This document shows, one piece after another, positions 1 to 8,943 of a stretch of 25,692 bases of DNA. The notes below the pieces were generated by a model. The model ran no database searches. It saw nothing but the letters and a program-made list of their open reading frames with translations, and was not told the origin of the DNA. This DNA comes from a virus. Lineage: Duplodnaviria > Caudoviricetes. Where the stretch lies: IMG/VR virus record IMGVR_UViG_3300016674_000038, positions 1 to 25,692 of that record; one strand, given 5' to 3'. The translations under genes were made by a program, and so were the position numbers. The stretch's first letter is position 1; each line of letters opens with the position of its first letter.

Positions 1-1843
1 TGGTCGTGTTGGTGTGAGGCACCGCGACACCCAGGGCCTGAGCGTATGTCTTGGCTTCCTCTTGCACTGCCCGCTTGAAGCGAGAGAGCGTCAGCCAGAA
101 GTCCTTCGACTTTTCCTCGTCCACGATGTCCTTCCAGCCATAGCCGAAGCGGGCCCAGGCATACTCGTGCAGACCAGTGATGCCAACGCCAATACGGTTC
201 GTGCGCTTGACTTCCTTGTGGTACAGGGAGTCCATCAAGTTGGTACGGATCAGCGCACGGGTCGCGGTGCGGAAGGCGTCTTCAGCGTCGTCGTCCCATT
301 CTTCCACACCTGAGTCATTGATGACTGATGCGGCCATGCCCTTCATGTAGTTGGCATGGAAGGGAACAACGTCAGCGATCACGCAGTAGCCGCCCAGGGC
401 ACCCAGAACGATTTCGCCGCAGGGGTTGGTGATGGTCTTGTAGGGCGAATCCTGCCAAGCCTTCGCCAGTGCTTTGGTCAGCTCCAGCGTTTCAGAGTCC
501 AGCTTGTAACGAGCCGACTCGGCGAAGTTGCCGTCCAGCAGCGCTTCGACGCCTTCGTTGCTCCAGGTCAGCTTGTCCACGCTGATGATGCCGGGTTCGC
601 CAGTCTGGTCGTAGTAGGCAGCTTCACACAGGGCGTCGAAGACGGCGACAGCGTGGCGCTGAAGGTCGGTTGCCGCATGAGCGAAGGTCTCCGCGTCCTC
701 GTTGTGCAGTTTTACCGCCGCCCAGAACTCGTCATCCACCGTCACCGAGTTGTTGGACGACCAGAGGAAGCCACCGCGCTTGACCTGAATGAACTCCAGA
801 ACGCTCTTGTCGCGCCAGGTCTTCGTGGCCATGCGGGCTGCACGACGAGCGCCACCCACCAGCACACACTCGGCAACGTAGTGGTCGGCGTAGATCGCAG
901 CACGCCACGGAGCCATGCCGGCGTCACGCAGTTTTGCCACGTTCGACAGTGCGGTCATCATCGGGCCAGGGCCAGAAGCAGGACGGTTCTGCATACCGGC
1001 GATGGGCGCACCACGCGGACGAACCTTGGAGAAGTCCAGCAGCAGCACCTTGTCGCGCTCACCACGGAACGCAGCCAGCTCCATCTTCTCAAGAGCCTTG
1101 GCCCAACCTTCGCGGCTGTCAGGCACTTCGAACACTTCGATTTCGCGGCCGGCGTACAGGTGCTTGGCGGTGCGCAAGTCCATTGCGTTGATTTCGCCCG
1201 ACTGGCAGTCCTTGTGCATCATGTCGATCACACAAACCGTCACAGGCAGTTGGTTCAGGTCTGCCTTGATCATGGCGTCGTCGTAAGCGCGACCGACACC
1301 GGAGCCGTTCAGGAGCAGATAGAACGTCAGGAAGGTGGAAGCGGACGTGGAGCAGTTCGTGAACACTTCCATGTTGCGCAGAGGCTGCGTTTCATCCCCG
1401 TGTTGCAGATGACGCCCCGACATCAGGATGGACGCTTGACGCAGATGGTGATGCATCTTGTCAAACTCCTTGATCCGCTCGGCAGCAACCACGCTCAGCG
1501 GTGCGCCATTGATTTGCGGATGCAGCAGAGAGTTGCCAAATGCAACCCGGTAGGCCACATCAGCCCACTTTTCAACTTCAACGTGGCCGACAACGTTCAG
1601 ATCGGCGCGAACGATCAGATCGTCGCCATAGGTCACGTGGTAGGAGTCGATGACGAGATTGTTGGAGCGACACCATTCATCCACTTCATGATCCAGCGCC
1701 ATGTCGTCACGGCGAGGAATCTCGATCATCTTCTTGTAGGGCGTGACGGCCCGAGTGATCTTGCGGTTGACGGTTCGATCCGCAACTGCGTCGCCAATCC
1801 CTTTGGCATACTCACGTGCGGGGGTTTCGGAAGGCAGACTCAT
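1..1843 (-). CDS. nrdJ: Class II adenosylcobalamin-dependent ribonucleotide reductase, monomeric RTPR type; 3' end runs off the window
   Basis: Manual translation from ATG 1843 (AAGGAG RBS) is open to the window edge. Motifs: VFTNCS, LLNGSGVG, DSREGW, DFSKVRPRGAPI, ASGPGP, VGGARRAA, SNNSV, GEPG, TNPCGEI (thiyl Cys), NRIGVGITG. Confidence 0.92.
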   Translation of the reverse strand, partial: MSLPSETPAREYAKGIGDAVADRTVNRKITRAVTPYKKMIEIPRRDDMALDHEVDEWCRSNNLVIDSYHVTYGDDLIVRADLNVVGHVEVEKWADVAYRVAFGNSLLHPQINGAPLSVVAAERIKEFDKMHHHLRQASILMSGRHLQHGDETQPLRNMEVFTNCSTSASTFLTFYLLLNGSGVGRAYDDAMIKADLNQLPVTVCVIDMMHKDCQSGEINAMDLRTAKHLYAGREIEVFEVPDSREGWAKALEKMELAAFRGERDKVLLLDFSKVRPRGAPIAGMQNRPASGPGPMMTALSNVAKLRDAGMAPWRAAIYADHYVAECVLVGGARRAARMATKTWRDKSVLEFIQVKRGGFLWSSNNSVTVDDEFWAAVKLHNEDAETFAHAATDLQRHAVAVFDALCEAAYYDQTGEPGIISVDKLTWSNEGVEALLDGNFAESARYKLDSETLELTKALAKAWQDSPYKTITNPCGEIVLGALGGYCVIADVVPFHANYMKGMAASVINDSGVEEWDDDAEDAFRTATRALIRTNLMDSLYHKEVKRTNRIGVGITGLHEYAWARFGYGWKDIVDEEKSKDFWLTLSRFKRAVQEEAKTYAQALGVAVPHTNTT

Positions 1844-1888
1844 TTATGCTCCTTTTGGTTCTGCGGGTTGTGAAAATCGGGGGAACGG

Positions 1889-1917
1889 ATTGTAAGTCAC
1901 TCGTGACCGACCGTCCA
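1889..1917 (-). promoter_or_regulatory. Sigma70-like promoter for nrdJ with a palindromic operator in the spacer
   Basis: Minus strand reads TGGACG-17 nt-TACAAT. The palindrome TAAGTCAC-TC-GTGACCGA (1893-1910) fills the spacer and overlaps the -10. Confidence 0.65.
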
Positions 1918-1926
1918 TATAAGTCC

Positions 1927-2478
1927 TTACCACGCTTCGGGGTTTGTCGTGGTGGGCTTATCGAAGTTTGATGAATGTGGCACTCTGACAGAATGAATCA
2001 GCACTTCTCTGCCATCTTTAGTAAAGCGATAGGTTTCAGTGTCCGGACTTCCACCTACACCACCGCCACCACTGGTTATAGGCACGAATTCGAAAGTGGG
2101 CATACCATGCTCATCCGGGCAACGAGACATGTGGCATGAGACATCAGTTCGCACTTCCAAGGTGTCACTCAGTTCGCTCATGCGGGATTCCACCTTGAAT
2201 CTCAAGCCCGAGCAGCCGATGCAGTCCTCGCACTTCGCTTTTATGTGAGTGGAAAGTTGCTGTGCCACGGATCGACCCGACTGCACAAGTACATCGTCCA
2301 GCTCCCTGACGCTCGACAACATCGTGCGGTTGAACTTCGTGAAATGACGGAGTGGCCCAATCTTGCGAATGCGCTCGGAGCGCGTCGTTGTGGTTGTCGG
2401 CGCTTTTGTCAGAGCTTCCTTGACGATGTGCAGAAAAATCTGCTCAGCGTCCAGCTCAATGTTGAGTAGTGAAGCCAA
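1927..2478 (-). CDS. Hypothetical protein
   Basis: ORF 1927..2511. The likely start is TTG at 2478 (AGGAG RBS; -10 TATACT at 2511-2516). Contains CxxCxxC and CxxxxCxxxH clusters; no family recognised. Confidence 0.65.
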   Translation of the reverse strand: MASLLNIELDAEQIFLHIVKEALTKAPTTTTTRSERIRKIGPLRHFTKFNRTMLSSVRELDDVLVQSGRSVAQQLSTHIKAKCEDCIGCSGLRFKVESRMSELSDTLEVRTDVSCHMSRCPDEHGMPTFEFVPITSGGGGVGGSPDTETYRFTKDGREVLIHSVRVPHSSNFDKPTTTNPEAW

Positions 2479-2532
2479 TGTGTACTCTCCTGATGCAAAA
2501 ACCTGCATCAAGTATATTCACGGGTGACTGAT

Positions 2533-3111
2533 TTATGCGGTGACTTTGATGCCCCGATAGATCGCCAATGCTTGCTGGAGCTGCTGTGAGTCCAGACCGG
2601 CGTGAATGGCCGCCACCGCATCGGCCAGGTGTTCGTTGATTGCCGTCGGAACCTGCTTGCCCTTGAGCGTCCGCATCTTCCAAGGAGCATCGGGGAACTT
2701 TTTCATGGCCCAGGCGATCATTTCATCCTTCGTTGCAGAGCGAATGCCGGTGGCTTTCTGCTTGACTTCAGCCGGGAACACCTGAATCAGCGGGATGGGG
2801 CACGATGCCAAAACTCCGGTGACGAGACCGGAGTTGAAGTTGGCGGCACTGTAGCCTGCCGGGTTGCAGAAGGGAATCTCGCTGATGGCAAACGATGCGC
2901 CTTCACAGGCTTCCATCATCCCTTCTCGCACGATGCGGGCGCGTCGAATGTCGTCCGACTGCTTGATGACGCCCTTCTTCGCTTCGCTCTCCGTCTGAAC
3001 GACACGAAGATCGTCCACGGTGAACTCCATTGTGTTGACATCCAGGGTTGCCAATGCGATACCCCAGTTCGAAGTTGAAGGGTCGAACCCTACGATCTTG
3101 ATTTTTGCCAT
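2533..3111 (-). CDS. RuvC-like Holliday junction resolvase
   Basis: IVGFDPS (Asp), SEIP (Glu), KQKATG..SATKDEM, EHLADAVA: the RNase H-fold RuvC pattern. Confidence 0.85.
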   Translation of the reverse strand: MAKIKIVGFDPSTSNWGIALATLDVNTMEFTVDDLRVVQTESEAKKGVIKQSDDIRRARIVREGMMEACEGASFAISEIPFCNPAGYSAANFNSGLVTGVLASCPIPLIQVFPAEVKQKATGIRSATKDEMIAWAMKKFPDAPWKMRTLKGKQVPTAINEHLADAVAAIHAGLDSQQLQQALAIYRGIKVTA

Positions 3112-3680
3112 TACCAGCTTCCGTATTCGTTGTACTTCGTCGCCCGTTCCTCGTGCGTCTTCTCGGCTGCCTTTTCGTTTTCAGCAGCCTTCGCAGCTTG
3201 AAGTTCCTCACCGACAGCTTCATCGATCTTGTCCCGATAGAACGGAGTGAAGCCAAGCATGTGCTGCTTTGCTTCGGCTGCGGTCATCTCCATGAACTCG
3301 TAAGGCTGTGACATCACCGGCCGAAAGACGATGATCAGAGAGCCACGCTTGCCGAAGTAGGCTTTCTCGGGACGAAAGTCTTCACCACCCACATGAGGCA
3401 TCCGGCTGTACTTGCCGTCTCGCTTCAGCACCGTCAACGTCATCGGGCCCGTGAGCATGAAGCTCTCCGATGTATCTCGGAGAATCTCGTTGATCTGGCC
3501 TTCCAGCTTCTTGTAAACATCAGTTTCCACTTGCTTGTCCTGATTTGTCATTCGTGACTTAGGGATTATACCGCCCTCTTCCAGGGTGATTCCCAATCCT
3601 GATAAGGCTTCTTTGAGCAACTCCCTGTTGACAGCACTCTCCATTGCGTCGATCACAGCCTGAGACAGTTCTATGGTCAT
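3111..3680 (-). CDS. Hypothetical protein; possible internal start at 3551 or 3530
   Basis: ATGA overlap with the sbcC stop and TAATG overlap with the ruvC-like start. Contains an internal promoter motif. Confidence 0.75.
   Translation of the reverse strand: MTIELSQAVIDAMESAVNRELLKEALSGLGITLEEGGIIPKSRMTNQDKQVETDVYKKLEGQINEILRDTSESFMLTGPMTLTVLKRDGKYSRMPHVGGEDFRPEKAYFGKRGSLIIVFRPVMSQPYEFMEMTAAEAKQHMLGFTPFYRDKIDEAVGEELQAAKAAENEKAAEKTHEERATKYNEYGSW
3565..3586 (-). promoter_or_regulatory. CCCTR-N11-(-10) promoter motif
   Basis: CCCTG gaagagggcgg TATAAT, followed by the operator copy at 3544-3561. Confidence 0.6.
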
Positions 3681-5638
3681 GCAAACGCTCCTGTTGCCTT
3701 TGTAGAGCCACTGACTTCACTGTGACCCTTCTCCTTGCGAACGGTGATCACGTTGTCCACCCAGTCCTTCAGGTCACTGTGACTGATGATCAGAACGGTT
3801 CCGCGATCCTTCGCCTTCTCGTTCATGATGGTCATCAAGCGCTCCAGACCCGCAGCATCCAGGGCGTGATCAACTTCGTCGGCGATGAAGATGTTGATCG
3901 GCTTTGTTGCACGAGCCGCCACCATGTCTTGCAGGGCCATCGCAGCAGCCAGGCGCACCTTGCGCTTCTCACCGCCCGAGAGTGAATCGAAGGAGTCGCC
4001 ACCTTTGTCGTTGGTGACTTCGATGTTGAACTTCTCCTTCACTTCACCCTTCGCGTTGGTCTGAAGGGTGTTCCAGACGGCCTTGATGTTGCCGTCGGCC
4101 ATGATCGACAGGTAGTGCGCCGTTCGGTCGTTCAGGAAGGGCGTCACGGTGTCCAGGATGTGAGCGCGAACGCCGCTTTGGCCAAAGACTTTGCAGGCCG
4201 ACTCGGCTATCTGAAGCTCTTCCTCGATTGCCTCAAGTTTCTTCTCGGCATCCTCGACATCTTTCTTTGCCGACGCCTCGCAATCTTCCGCGTTCTTCAA
4301 GTCCTTCTGGAAGGGGTTCGCCTCGGTCAGCTTCGCTTTCGCCCTTTCCTTGACCCTGGCGATGTGATCGATGTAGGACTGACGGTTCATCTTCAGCCGG
4401 TTGAGCAGTGTCACTTGCTCCGAAAGACTGTTGTGAAGCTCCATCAGCTCCGTTGTGTCAGTCGCGGTATCTGTGAAGGCTTTCAGAGCGGCTTCCGCCT
4501 CTTCGTGTTTCTCCTTCGCAGCCTTGTACTTGACCGTGCTTGCCCGCAAGCTCTCGCGCACCGTGTCGGCTTCAGCTTTTGCCAGCTTGCGAACTTCCGC
4601 CATGTCTTCTTCGCAGTACGGTTTGCCGCACTTGTCGCAGGGCTGGCCAACACGAGTGTCGATTGAGTCCAGGTTCTTGACAGCCTTGTCGTAAAGCTCC
4701 TTGTTGAACTTCAGATCGCTTGCGGCCGCACTCAACTGACGCTGAGCCGTGTTGACAGCCAGCATCAGGTCGCCCTTCTTCTTTTCTTCGTCCTTGAGCC
4801 CAGCCATCTTCTTGCGAACGTCGGCAAGCTGGCCTTCGTAGTTCTTGGCGATGCACTCGGCCAGCTTTTCTTCAACCCCTTTCAGGCTGGCTTCGGTCGT
4901 CGGAATCTCTTCCAGCTCCTTCTTGGCCTTGACCTTGCGTTGAGCTTCGAACTCCGTGTAGCTCTCATGCGTCCGACGCCTGTACGACTCGACGGCGGTC
5001 AGGTTGGTTTGGGCTCCGGTGAGCGTCAATTGCGCTCCGGTCATCTTGGCGCTGATCATGGCCCGGTGTTCGCGGGCCTTCTCGTAAGCAGCCACGAGAA
5101 TCTCGGTGCCGGCCGCCTCTTCGATGGTCAGCTTCAGTTGCTTGTCCGTCATGCCGGGAAGGTCGGGCATCTTCTCCTGGCCCATGTACACGGCAGCCTG
5201 GAACACATCGAGCGAACAGCCAATGAGCTTGTTGATGACCTCCTGCGTTTCGCGCTCGGTGGCCTTGTGAAGCTCGGTTGCAGCCATACCGGGTGTCGGC
5301 GGCCTCTTGTAAACGAACGTCTGGTTCTTTTCCTTGTCGTCCTTGCGGTAGCGGACGATCACGTACTCATCTGCACCCTCTTCCAGATGCAGCTCCACCA
5401 TCGTGTTGCGCTTGGCGCTGCGGTTGACCACGCGGTCACTCGTGACTCCGCGAGCCGTGACGCCGTAGAGCGCCCAGCAGATTGCGTCCGCCAGGGATGA
5501 CTTGCCGGCACCGTTGGAGTTTGCCGATGTGTCGTCCTTGTTGTCGCCCTGGATGAGCAGCAAACCACGGTCGCTCAGCTCCAGTTCCGCCTTCTCGATG
5601 GCGAGAAAGTTCTTGATAAATGCCTTGACGATCTTCAT
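3677..5638 (-). CDS. sbcC: SbcC/Rad50-like SMC ATPase (T4 gp46-like)
   Basis: Walker A NGAGKSS, coiled coil with CDKC zinc hook, LSGGE signature, IFIADE Walker B, ISH H-loop. Confidence 0.93.
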   Translation of the reverse strand: MKIVKAFIKNFLAIEKAELELSDRGLLLIQGDNKDDTSANSNGAGKSSLADAICWALYGVTARGVTSDRVVNRSAKRNTMVELHLEEGADEYVIVRYRKDDKEKNQTFVYKRPPTPGMAATELHKATERETQEVINKLIGCSLDVFQAAVYMGQEKMPDLPGMTDKQLKLTIEEAAGTEILVAAYEKAREHRAMISAKMTGAQLTLTGAQTNLTAVESYRRRTHESYTEFEAQRKVKAKKELEEIPTTEASLKGVEEKLAECIAKNYEGQLADVRKKMAGLKDEEKKKGDLMLAVNTAQRQLSAAASDLKFNKELYDKAVKNLDSIDTRVGQPCDKCGKPYCEEDMAEVRKLAKAEADTVRESLRASTVKYKAAKEKHEEAEAALKAFTDTATDTTELMELHNSLSEQVTLLNRLKMNRQSYIDHIARVKERAKAKLTEANPFQKDLKNAEDCEASAKKDVEDAEKKLEAIEEELQIAESACKVFGQSGVRAHILDTVTPFLNDRTAHYLSIMADGNIKAVWNTLQTNAKGEVKEKFNIEVTNDKGGDSFDSLSGGEKRKVRLAAAMALQDMVAARATKPINIFIADEVDHALDAAGLERLMTIMNEKAKDRGTVLIISHSDLKDWVDNVITVRKEKGHSEVSGSTKATGAFA

Positions 5639-6693
5639 TCCGCGCTCCGAACTTCAGTGAGGATTTCCATGCACAGCTTCTCAACGGCACTCGCGTTGAC
5701 AAAGCTGCCCGCTTTGATGTAGTCGGCCACGCTCTGATCGAGCGTAACGCCTGCTTTGGCAACAGTGCCGCCTGTCCGAGCGAGCGGAGCTGGCGGTGTT
5801 GCGATGATCGATACGCCCTTCGCACCTGAGTCCATCAGAAACTGGCGAAGCGCTTCGATTTCGGACGACTTCGCGCTTTCAATGCGAGCCCGGACGTAGT
5901 TGCCATCCACGAGCAGCGGCACATCTTCGGGCTTGGTCGAGCCGTCGATGTCCAGAAAGCCCGGTGCGCGACTTGCGTGCCACTTCACATCACCCTTGCT
6001 GACGACCAGAAAGCCCGCCTTGCTACCCACATCGGCCCATGTCTGGTGCGTCAAGGCACCGACGCTGTAAACGCGCTTGGCGGCTTCCTTGTGATGGTGG
6101 TAGTGCCCACAGAACACGTTCAGAAAGCCCAGGGAATAGAGCCACGCGGGATCAAGGCCGTGTGATGGCAAGCCGGGCATCACACCGTCAAGACCCGCGT
6201 GGAGAAACAGATTGGCCGCAGCAAGGTCGAACTTGCCCGACTTGTGAATCTTCTCGATCTTCGCCTTCAGCGCTTCGACACTCGGCTCCCAGGGCACGAA
6301 GACAAGCTCGGGCGTCGCCACGGTTGCCTCGTTGATGACCGTGCAGCCGATGTCACGGAAGGAAGTGACGGCTGAACCCAGGTCGTTCGACTCCTTGCCC
6401 TCAAGGTCGTGGTTGCCGGCCATGATGTAGATGTTCATGCCCGAGTCCACCAACTGCTTGTAGAGGTCACGCGTCGGGTTCAGCACCGACGGGGCCACCG
6501 AACCACGAACGTGGAACAGGTCGCCGCAGTGGATCATCGTGTTGCCGCCCGCTGCCTTCACTTCCTCAGCGCAGCGCTTGGTTTCGTCCAGGATGATCTG
6601 GAGGCGCGAGTTGACGCCGTTCGGGTTTACCTCCGCGAACGTACTCCAGGCGTGATTGTGTGTGTCTGAAATGACACCGAAGACTTCTGCCAT
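5635..6693 (-). CDS. sbcD: SbcD/Mre11-like metallophosphoesterase nuclease (T4 gp47-like)
   Basis: SDTH, GDLFH, GNHD and GHYH motifs; coupled to sbcC. Start refined to ATG 6693 (AGGAG RBS). Confidence 0.9.
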   Translation of the reverse strand: MAEVFGVISDTHNHAWSTFAEVNPNGVNSRLQIILDETKRCAEEVKAAGGNTMIHCGDLFHVRGSVAPSVLNPTRDLYKQLVDSGMNIYIMAGNHDLEGKESNDLGSAVTSFRDIGCTVINEATVATPELVFVPWEPSVEALKAKIEKIHKSGKFDLAAANLFLHAGLDGVMPGLPSHGLDPAWLYSLGFLNVFCGHYHHHKEAAKRVYSVGALTHQTWADVGSKAGFLVVSKGDVKWHASRAPGFLDIDGSTKPEDVPLLVDGNYVRARIESAKSSEIEALRQFLMDSGAKGVSIIATPPAPLARTGGTVAKAGVTLDQSVADYIKAGSFVNASAVEKLCMEILTEVRSAE

Positions 6694-6715
6694 TGTGACT
6701 CCTGTCAGTTGTGAC

Positions 6716-7120
6716 TTACTTGCCAATGTAAAAAATGTGGCGACCGATCTGCTTGGTCTTTGCCAGCACCTTGCTCCAGTACGGTCGAACCTTCGTGGAG
6801 TGGTAGTGCGTGGAACCGTTGGTCAGGTCGCCGATGCCTTTGTTGAGGGTGTGCTGAGCGATGCGCTTGGCAAGCCACCAAGCGTGTTCATCCTTCGGCA
6901 GACCCGCAGCTTTCAGTCGAAAGCCCTTCCCTTCTCGGGCGACGAGCTTTGTCGTCCACGAGAACTGATGCTTGGCCATGACCGTCTTGCAGACCTTCTC
7001 GGGAGAGCCTGCGCGGTTCAAGGTCACGAGCGCCACAGCGTACTGTCCAGGGATGAGTTCCCCACGCGCTTCGTGATAGATGTTTGCCGCGAGGCAAAGT
7101 AGTGCTGATTCCAGAATCAT
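6716..7120 (-). CDS. SleB/CwlJ-family cell wall hydrolase (Hydrolase_2)
   Basis: CLAANIYHEARGE, AVALVTLNR, QFSW, TNGSTHYH, PYW, IGRHIFY. Start refined to ATG 7120, downstream of a promoter motif. Confidence 0.88.
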   Translation of the reverse strand: MILESALLCLAANIYHEARGELIPGQYAVALVTLNRAGSPEKVCKTVMAKHQFSWTTKLVAREGKGFRLKAAGLPKDEHAWWLAKRIAQHTLNKGIGDLTNGSTHYHSTKVRPYWSKVLAKTKQIGRHIFYIGK

Positions 7121-7148
7121 CGGTTCGTGCTTTCTGTTTCGATGTCTG

Positions 7149-7170
7149 ACTATAGCAGTCAGACTTAGGG
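7149..7170 (-). promoter_or_regulatory. CCCTR-N11-(-10) promoter motif
   Basis: CCCTA agtctgactgc TATAGT, overlapped by the inverted repeat TCTGACT-N5-AGTCAGA. Confidence 0.6.
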
Positions 7171-7173
7171 GTT

Positions 7174-7536
7174 TCATCGGAGACGTATCTGGGCTTCGAT
7201 GTTCTCCTGACGCATTGCGGGCGTGACCCTGAAGCGACTCAGAGGCAGCCCGCGTTGCAGGATGTTGACCGGGTTCGTGAACGACTCGGGGCCAAAGAAG
7301 TCCTCAACGAGCGTTGCATAGAACAGCTTGCGCTTGCCCTGCTTGATGACCACGCCCGCGTACTTTGTACCGCGTGACAAGCATTCCTCTAGCGCTAGAC
7401 GTTCAAGACACCACGCATTGCGTTTGGCGTACACCTGCGACAGTCTGCGGTGCGCCAGATAGATGCTTCGCCCGTCTTCAAGGTCGTACCATGCCCCGTT
7501 GTGCTTGAAGTTGACCTTGTGCCACTTGATCCGCAT
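7174..7536 (-). CDS. Hypothetical phage protein
   Basis: 120 aa, GAGGAG RBS, codirectional with its neighbours. Confidence 0.75.
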   Translation of the reverse strand: MRIKWHKVNFKHNGAWYDLEDGRSIYLAHRRLSQVYAKRNAWCLERLALEECLSRGTKYAGVVIKQGKRKLFYATLVEDFFGPESFTNPVNILQRGLPLSRFRVTPAMRQENIEAQIRLR

Positions 7537-7876
7537 GAATTCTCCTCAGTGCAATGACGGAGAAGACTTTCTTCGGATTCACCAGATGTGGCCCGTAAAT
7601 CTTCTCCAGCGTCCGGTACAGGCTTGCGGCGTGATCACCTTCGCGCCCTAGCTCTGTATGGTTCTCAGCGGCGTGCGCCTCGCAGAGTTCAGACAAGGCT
7701 CCTGTCTTCACATACAGGATGGTGGCCGCACCAAAAACGATCTTGCGCTTTTCGTCCATCAGGAAGACTTCTTCACCAACAGGAAGGGCCGCCCACTTGC
7801 GACCCATCCTGAATGTGTTGAAGTTTCCGTCCACACCGATGATCGGTGGGACAAACCCAATCACGTGCTTCTGCAC
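7478..7876 (-). CDS. Hypothetical protein, possibly ASCH/PUA-like
   Basis: GTG start with GGAGG RBS and -10 TATACT at 7907-7912. The pattern NTFR..VGEEV..ATILYV...LSEL...HAAE resembles ASCH domains. Confidence 0.6.
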   Translation of the reverse strand: MQKHVIGFVPPIIGVDGNFNTFRMGRKWAALPVGEEVFLMDEKRKIVFGAATILYVKTGALSELCEAHAAENHTELGREGDHAASLYRTLEKIYGPHLVNPKKVFSVIALRRIHADQVAQGQLQAQRGMVRP

Positions 7877-7933
7877 CCCGCCCTCCGCTGAGCTTTTGGT
7901 TTGCTCAGTATAGAGGGCGGGTCAGTCCTAGAC

Positions 7934-8941
7934 TTATGGCAGAAGTGCGACCAGCTCGGACAGCTTGCCTTCAGTGGTCAGCTTCTCGGCCAGCGCCTTC
8001 ACGTAGTATTGCTTGCCGTCAGTCCAGGTCACGCGGGGCTTGGAGTAGGGAATCAGACCCTTCTCGATCAGGAACTCCAGCAGGCTGAACACCATGTCGA
8101 AGCGGGCCGCGCCGAACTCATCGAAGCTCATCCGGATGGAGGTCTCCTGGAACGGCTTGGTCATCTTCGACTTCACGCACTGGATGCTGATGTTCTGACC
8201 GACGAACTCCTTCGAACCGCCGTTTGCTTCCATGATCTTCTGACGACCGAGAGCCAGGCGAGCCGTTGCGTAGAATTCCATCGCTTTGCCGCCAGGGGTT
8301 GTGCGCGGATCACCGTACACCACGCCCGGCTTCAGACGCATCTGGTTCAGGTACAGGAAGGTCGCGTTGTACTCCTCGCAGTGCTGAGCCATTGCCTTGA
8401 GCGTCGTGGAGGTGACGCGAGCCAAGGCCGTCGTGTCGTTCATCGTGTACTCGTCAATCTCCTTCTCGGCCTGACTCTTGGGCAGTGCGGCCGCGATTGA
8501 GTCGAACACGAACAGAATCGGCGCATCCTTGTCGATTGCACCACTGTCACGAATCGCCTTGCAGGCTTTGGCAGCGATGGTGTTGCCCTCCTCCCAGGTC
8601 TTCGGCTTGACGTAAATCCAGTGCGGACGCTCAGCCTTCAGACCGAAGCCCTCGGCCAGTGAAACGTCGAACGAACGCTCCCAGTCCACGAAACCAGCCA
8701 CGCCGCCCATCTTCTGAGCTTGCACCATCCACTGCGTTGCGAGAGCCGTCTTACCCGTCGAGGACTCACCGAACATCTCCACCATGCGCCCTTGCGGCAG
8801 ACCGCCGTCGTAGCGACCGGACATGATCTTGTTCAGCGGAGGAAAGCCGGTGTCGATGAAGTGGGAGACTTGCTGCTCGTCGGCGTTCTTGCCGATGGCT
8901 TTGTCGAGGCTGTCAATCAGATCGTTGATAGTTGCCGCCAT
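7934..8941 (-). CDS. recA: RecA/UvsX-family recombinase
   Basis: GGLPQGRMVEMFGESSTGKT, FVDWE, FDSIAA, NQMRLKPGVVYGDPRTTPGGKAMEFYA. Confidence 0.95.
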   Translation of the reverse strand: MAATINDLIDSLDKAIGKNADEQQVSHFIDTGFPPLNKIMSGRYDGGLPQGRMVEMFGESSTGKTALATQWMVQAQKMGGVAGFVDWERSFDVSLAEGFGLKAERPHWIYVKPKTWEEGNTIAAKACKAIRDSGAIDKDAPILFVFDSIAAALPKSQAEKEIDEYTMNDTTALARVTSTTLKAMAQHCEEYNATFLYLNQMRLKPGVVYGDPRTTPGGKAMEFYATARLALGRQKIMEANGGSKEFVGQNISIQCVKSKMTKPFQETSIRMSFDEFGAARFDMVFSLLEFLIEKGLIPYSKPRVTWTDGKQYYVKALAEKLTTEGKLSELVALLP

Positions 8942-8943
8942 GT

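Noticed and set aside
356-1873. 505-aa plus-strand ORF
   Set aside because: Antisense shadow of nrdJ; no recognisable motifs.
1922-1934. 13-bp identity AGTCCTTACCACG with the att arm region (22809-22821)
   Set aside because: A few 13-mer repeats are expected by chance in 25 kb; it is a single copy explained by Trp-stop codons.
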